Source: Candidatus Omnitrophota bacterium (GTDB taxonomy: Bacteria; Omnitrophota; Gorgyraeia; 2-02-FULL-51-18; JAGOUK01). Taken from it: DNA of 64,000 nucleotides. Of the stretch, positions 58,778 through 64,000 are shown in pieces; positions within the stretch are counted from its first letter, which is position 1; each line of letters begins with the position of its first letter. Location of the stretch: assembly GCA_047639455.1 (NCBI GenBank), contig JBLINS010000003.1:3-64002 (forward strand). Reading direction: 5' to 3'. A model generated the notes under the pieces. That model worked only from the letters and a program-made list of their open reading frames with translations. It had not been told where the DNA came from and made no database searches. A program made the position numbers and the translations under genes.

Positions 58778-59534
58778 ACTGCAGGTTTTTTTAGCCAATG
58801 CAGGAGTAGCTAGTCGCCGTGGGGCTGTTAGTATTATTGAAGAGGGCCATGTCACTGTGAATGGCAAAATCATTACTGAGCGCGGATTTCGTGTGAATGC
58901 AGACAAAGACACTGTGCAAGTGGACGATCAAACTATTGGCGAAGAGAAAAAAGTTTATTATATTATTAATAAACCCAGAAAAGTTGTGTCGACGGCCATT
59001 GACACTCACGGCCGCCCAACTATTGTAGCTTTTTTCAAAAAACTTAAAGAGCGCATATTGCCTGTTGGACGTTTAGACATGGATACAACTGGCTTATTAG
59101 TAATGACTAATGATGGCGAAATGGCCAATCAATTAACACATCCCAGCTATGGCGTTGTGAAGCATTATGCTGTTGTTCTTGATAAACCGCTATCCAAAGG
59201 CCAAATGGAGAAGTTTAGCAAAGGCATGAAACTAGACAATGTCAAAACAGCGACATGCTCTATTAGCGAGCATGTCTTTGAAGGTCAAGGATATGCTTAC
59301 GAAATAGAATTACACGAAGGTAAGAATAGACAAATCCGCCGTATGATGGAAATCCTCGAAAGAGAAGTCAAAGACTTGCACCGATTCAAATATGGCCCGT
59401 TATCACTAGGCACACTCAAACCTGGTCAGTCCAGAAAACTAAGCCCACATGAAGTTCAACTCCTTAGAAAATCTATTACTGATGGAGTGGCTGCCCAAAA
59501 GAATCTCAAGCTCAAAAAGGCAATGAAGCAATAA
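58728..59534 (+). CDS. rRNA pseudouridine synthase (RluB/RsuA family)
   Basis: S4 domain RLQVFLA..GVASRR, GRLD, EGKNRQIRRM. Confidence 0.9.
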   Translation: MPNPSSDSTDISKKDLRLQVFLANAGVASRRGAVSIIEEGHVTVNGKIITERGFRVNADKDTVQVDDQTIGEEKKVYYIINKPRKVVSTAIDTHGRPTIVAFFKKLKERILPVGRLDMDTTGLLVMTNDGEMANQLTHPSYGVVKHYAVVLDKPLSKGQMEKFSKGMKLDNVKTATCSISEHVFEGQGYAYEIELHEGKNRQIRRMMEILEREVKDLHRFKYGPLSLGTLKPGQSRKLSPHEVQLLRKSITDGVAAQKNLKLKKAMKQ

Positions 59535-59539
59535 ATCCT

Positions 59540-60049
59540 ATGGCCTTAATGAAGCTCACCACATTTCCAGATCCGGTACTATTTAAAAAAACAGAACCCT
59601 ATGAAAGTATTGGGGATAAAGAAAAGGTATTAGTTCAGGACATGATTGAGACCATGTATTATGAGCGCGGCGTAGGCTTGGCAGCTAATCAAGTTGGCTT
59701 GTCTAAGCGACTTTTTGTGGCTAGTGCAGATGGCGCGCATGGTAAAGAATTAGTTTTTTTTAATCCCGAAATTATTAAGAAAAGTGGCAAACTCAATGAG
59801 CCAGAAGGTTGTTTGAGTGTCCCCGAAACATATGAGCATGTGACGCGATATCAAGAAGTCACATTGCGCGGCATGAATCTCAAGGGTGAATGGGAAACGG
59901 TTGAGGCCAGGGGTTTGTTAGCCCGAATTTTTCAGCATGAAGTTGACCATTTGGATGGTAAGTTATTTGTACACCGACTTGGCTGGCTCAAATCACGTAG
60001 AACAATCAAACACCTTTGCACCCGCTATGGAAAGCCACCCGCTGAATGA
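59540..60049 (+). CDS. def: peptide deformylase
   Basis: GVGLAANQ, EGCLS, QHEVDH. Confidence 0.95.
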   Translation: MALMKLTTFPDPVLFKKTEPYESIGDKEKVLVQDMIETMYYERGVGLAANQVGLSKRLFVASADGAHGKELVFFNPEIIKKSGKLNEPEGCLSVPETYEHVTRYQEVTLRGMNLKGEWETVEARGLLARIFQHEVDHLDGKLFVHRLGWLKSRRTIKHLCTRYGKPPAE

Positions 60050-60090
60050 TTGAGCCACATCATCTTCAAACCCTTTTACACTATGACACA

Positions 60091-60300
60091 CCGTCATCCT
60101 GAGGAACGCGTAGTTATGGCAACCCGTCATCCTGAGGAACGCGTAGTTATGGCAACCCGTCATCCTGAGGAACGCGTAGCTAGTGACGTGAGGATCCAAC
60201 AACAATCCTTTAATTTAAAATCGTTTCATTGCTACGCATGGGATCCTGCTGCGCGGGTTCTGTGAGATTGTCACGTCTGCTACGCGCCTCACAATGACGG
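60091..60300. repeat. REP-like element with a 33-bp triplicated left end
   Basis: CCGTCATCCTGAGGAACGCGTAG at 60091, 60124 and 60157; right end CTCACAATGACGG. Confidence 0.85.
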
Positions 60301-60315
60301 AGCATTGGTAAATTA

Positions 60316-61251
60316 ATGAAAATATTCTTCTTTGGCACAGGCAATTTTGGAATACCCGCATTAGAAGCGATAAGCAAAAGCGAACACGAATTAGCCGCTG
60401 TAGTTTTGCCACCGTCCAAGCCGCAGGGTAGGGGCCGTAAGGTCAAGCCGGCTCCGATTGAAGTTTGGGCACAATCCAAAAATATAGAGATTCAATATCA
60501 AAGTGATGTTAATTCAGCAGTCTTTTTGGATTCAATAACTCAGCTTAAGCCGGATTTATTTTTAGTTGTTTCTTTAGGTATTAAATTGAGTACAGATTTC
60601 CTAAATTTACCCACCCATCAGTCTCTGAATATACACCCTTCTTTATTGCCGCAATATCGAGGCGCATCTCCGATACCGCAGGCCTTATATGATGGAAAAA
60701 AAATAGTTGGTACGACCATTATGCGCATGGGTCAGAGAATGGACGCCGGTGATATTTTGAATCAGTCTGAATTAATTTTGAATGGTAATGAAAATGCACT
60801 TGAGGTGTGGGGCCAATTAGCTGAATTAAGCGCTGACTGCATTATGCAAGTTATTGATCAATTAGTCGGAGCCACTTGCGTTGCTATGGTACAGGACGAA
60901 AACAAAGCCACATTTTGCACTAAGCTATCCAAAGAGAATGCGTCAATTAATTGGTCAAAAAGTGCGGCGGATATACATAATCAAGTTAGAGCTTATTTTA
61001 TTTGGCCGGGCAGTCAAACCACGCTCAAACAAGAGCCTTTAAAAATTATTCAAACGCAATGTTTGGATATGCCCACTACAACCAAACCGCCGGGCACAAT
61101 AGTACAAGTGGATAAGCTGGGCCTAGACATTCAAACAGGGCGAAGTATATTGCGAATTCTAAAATTACAAAAGGCCGGCTCCAAACCCATGGACATCGCA
61201 TCTTTTCTTAATGGAAATGCACTCGAAGTTGATATGTGTCTTGGAGAATAG
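60316..61251 (+). CDS. fmt: methionyl-tRNA formyltransferase
   Basis: FFGT..F, NIHPSLLPQYRGASPI, MDAGDI; follows def. Confidence 0.92.
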   Translation: MKIFFFGTGNFGIPALEAISKSEHELAAVVLPPSKPQGRGRKVKPAPIEVWAQSKNIEIQYQSDVNSAVFLDSITQLKPDLFLVVSLGIKLSTDFLNLPTHQSLNIHPSLLPQYRGASPIPQALYDGKKIVGTTIMRMGQRMDAGDILNQSELILNGNENALEVWGQLAELSADCIMQVIDQLVGATCVAMVQDENKATFCTKLSKENASINWSKSAADIHNQVRAYFIWPGSQTTLKQEPLKIIQTQCLDMPTTTKPPGTIVQVDKLGLDIQTGRSILRILKLQKAGSKPMDIASFLNGNALEVDMCLGE

Positions 61252-61259
61252 TCCTAAAA

Positions 61260-62405
61260 ATGACGTCCTTTCACAAAAAAGTTGCCCCAGCGGCGTTGAT
61301 TCAAAGAGATTTTGAAAACCTAAACGAATACAAACAATTGTATTGCTCTAACCCCGTTAGAGAAGCTTTGTACATTCAGTCCATAGAAGGTCGCTCACAT
61401 ACAGGCTCAGGTGTATTCAAAAAAAGAGCCTTTGTGAATACAACCATTGATGATGTCGTCAAGGCCTTAAACCGCAATCCAGACGAAACCAAGGCCTTTA
61501 GGCAGAAGAATATTGACGAAATCCTTGATTTTGTTGATGCTACTATTAATGGCCAAGAACGTAATCGTTTGGTTAATTTGGACGGTGAGCCATTTTTGGG
61601 CATTCCTTTATTTAAAGACAAACAAGTTAATGCCAGAGATGTTTTGAGAGGTTTGTATTTGGGAGGATTGCGAGATAATCCTGATATTCGCAAAGAGACA
61701 GAGTCGCGTTATCAAATCCGCATAGGTTGTGGCGAATGTTATCACGTTGATATACGCCAATTAGAAATCCAAGGTTTTAATGGCGACAGCATTTCACATG
61801 GTGAACATGAAGATCAAATAGAGGCATTCAAAGAATCGGGACTTATTATTAATCATCCTGAGGATGATGAAAATACAGTACCCGAAGAATTTCGACGTTA
61901 TTTTTATATACGTCACCGGGAAGGTCCAGGCCAATCGGATGATGCAGCCATCATTATTGCCGGCATTCTTTATAATGCCGACGTCGCTTTAGGGGTGTTT
62001 TTGTCTGACGCTATAGATACATTAGAAAAATACACGCTAATCAATAAAGACCAAGACCAAGAGCTTTCATACTATATAGGAAGAGCCTTTAAGGATTTGA
62101 ATTTGAGCATGGATGATGTGTATGAATTAGCCTATTTATGCGCCATCCCAGAGAGGGAAGAGGAATTCATCCCCGACAGTTCATTACGTTATTTATTATC
62201 CGTGGACGAGAAGTCAGGCGTATCAGCCTTACAAGCCCACTTACTATTCATGGAAGACAAAAAATTCCCCAAAATGTATGTGAGCTTCAAGCGCGCATCC
62301 AATGTCCTCTTTTACAAATTCATCCGCCGCCAATTGACCAATGTCCACCGAATCAACACACCCACACCCCAAGACACCCCTAATCTCACCACCAAAAGCC
62401 CTTAA
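61260..62405 (+). CDS. hypothetical protein
   Basis: Long ORF without a motif I recognise; its stop codon lies in the first RAYT hairpin. Confidence 0.65.
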   Translation: MTSFHKKVAPAALIQRDFENLNEYKQLYCSNPVREALYIQSIEGRSHTGSGVFKKRAFVNTTIDDVVKALNRNPDETKAFRQKNIDEILDFVDATINGQERNRLVNLDGEPFLGIPLFKDKQVNARDVLRGLYLGGLRDNPDIRKETESRYQIRIGCGECYHVDIRQLEIQGFNGDSISHGEHEDQIEAFKESGLIINHPEDDENTVPEEFRRYFYIRHREGPGQSDDAAIIIAGILYNADVALGVFLSDAIDTLEKYTLINKDQDQELSYYIGRAFKDLNLSMDDVYELAYLCAIPEREEEFIPDSSLRYLLSVDEKSGVSALQAHLLFMEDKKFPKMYVSFKRASNVLFYKFIRRQLTNVHRINTPTPQDTPNLTTKSP

Positions 62406-62590
62406 CCGATTTTAACACTCCCGGGGTGTTAAAATGGTTGCTGTTACAGGGCTTAGGCCTTTTTACAAATTCATCCGCCGCCAATTGGCCAATCCCCACC
62501 GAATCAATGCGCCTACACCCCATGGCGCCCTTAATCTCACCACCAAAAGCCCTTAACCGATTTTAACACTCCCGGGGTGTTAAAATGGTT
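62310..62590 (+). repeat. ~130-bp direct repeat (period 151), each copy ending in the RAYT-associated hairpin
   Basis: 62310-62439 vs 62461-62590, 11 substitutions. Confidence 0.92.
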
Positions 62591-62612
62591 AGGAGTTGTG
62601 ATATAAAGAGGC

Positions 62613-63281
62613 ATGGAAAGAAAGCAGCCTTTAGCGGATGGTGAGATTTATCATGTTTTTAATAAAAGCATAGCTGGTTTCACTATATTCAATGTTGATA
62701 GAGAGTATGAACGTTTCAAGCAAATGCTGCTTTTTTTCTCCGTTGATCAAAAGCATTCTAAGTTCTCACATTTCCAATCTTCAAAATTTGTTGATAAATC
62801 GGGCTTTTATAAGGCTTTTAGAGAGACTTTTGTTGACTATGAAGTTCGTGTAGAAATTATCGCGTATTGTATTATGCCAACACATTTTCACTTAATGCTA
62901 AAACAAGTCAAAGGGGACGGGATTTCTCGTTTTGTTGGAAATCTGCAGAATAGTTATACGCGATATTTTAATGAGACCCGTCGGCGCAAAGGCCCATTAT
63001 GGGTGGGTAGATTTAAGAATGTCTTAGTTGAAACCGATGAGCAATTATTGCATTTAACTCGTTATTTGCACTTAAATCCAGTTAAGGCCAACTTATGTCG
63101 GAATGCCTCAACATGGGACTATTCTTCGTTCCAAGAATATATAGGTAAAGATTCAGAAGCTAATCTCTGCACATACGCCTCTTATCTAGATGAGGCTGGA
63201 GAGGGCTACAAGGACTTTGTGGATGAGTACTCCAATGAACAAAAAGCCGCTCTAATAATTAATAAACTAACTCTTGATTAA
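62613..63281 (+). CDS. REP-associated tyrosine transposase (RAYT / Y1 HUH, IS200/IS605 superfamily)
   Basis: YHVFN, AYCIMPTHFHL (HUH), G.LW.GRF, RYLHLNPVKA, W.YSS. Confidence 0.88.
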   Translation: MERKQPLADGEIYHVFNKSIAGFTIFNVDREYERFKQMLLFFSVDQKHSKFSHFQSSKFVDKSGFYKAFRETFVDYEVRVEIIAYCIMPTHFHLMLKQVKGDGISRFVGNLQNSYTRYFNETRRRKGPLWVGRFKNVLVETDEQLLHLTRYLHLNPVKANLCRNASTWDYSSFQEYIGKDSEANLCTYASYLDEAGEGYKDFVDEYSNEQKAALIINKLTLD

Positions 63282-63315
63282 CCGATTTTAACACTCCCGG
63301 GGTGTTAAAATCGGT
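63278..63315. repeat. third RAYT-flanking hairpin
   Basis: TTAACCGATTTTAACACTCCCGGGGTGTTAAAATCGGT; near-identical copies at 62402 and 62553. Confidence 0.92.
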
Positions 63316-63341
63316 GGAGAGTGTAGGTGGGGTGGAAGCGA

Positions 63342-63370
63342 TTGACTAAAGGGGTATGGGGGCGTATAAT
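63342..63370 (+). promoter_or_regulatory. gap promoter TTGACT-17-TATAAT
   Basis: Near-consensus sigma70 elements. Confidence 0.7.
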
Positions 63371-63434
63371 CGCGTCTCTTTATGTCAAATGAGTTTTTGT
63401 AATAGGTAGTATATAAATATAGGAAAGAAGGTAA

Positions 63435-64000
<566 letters not shown>

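Noticed and set aside
60091-60179. Possible CRISPR array
   Set aside because: The intervening 10-nt segments are identical (no unique spacers), the unit is a REP end, and no cas genes are in the window.
62310-62590. DGR template/variable repeat pair at the 3' end of a gene
   Set aside because: Only 6 of 11 differences involve A, and those As are in the coding copy rather than the would-be template. The only RT in the window is a group II intron maturase 45 kb away.

Overview
AT-rich bacterial window, mostly + strand housekeeping genes (pssA/psd, rmlC, tatAC, hemA, type III glutamine synthetase, tkt/tal/pgi, acnA, ilvD, aguBA, def/fmt, start of gap). The gene content and giant-protein style suggest a PVC-related lineage such as Omnitrophota, which is inference only. 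The main accessory feature is a 3943-aa giant protein (20804-32635). It has a signal-like N-terminus, a TraB/Tiki/ChaN-like domain and a series of unrelated enzyme cassettes: two kinase-like domains, two HATPase-like domains, a PLP/threonine-dehydratase-like domain, a PRTase-like domain and two SAM methyltransferases. Most cassette boundaries carry the same [V/A/L/T]-R-M tripeptide, which suggests a self-processing, modular effector polyprotein. The window also contains nested small mobile DNA: about a dozen REP/RPE-like palindromic elements, two small two-hairpin modules, two MITE-like elements, a RAYT-type transposase with three hairpins, and a complete group II intron. The intron sits in one of the small modules, and an empty copy of its target lies in frame inside the giant gene. 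Also present are tRNA-Glu(CTC), a c-di-GMP-I riboswitch ahead of a secreted zinc-peptidase-like gene, and an HTH/zeta-toxin-like pair with a clear operator. All calls are from reading the sequence by eye; no searches were run.
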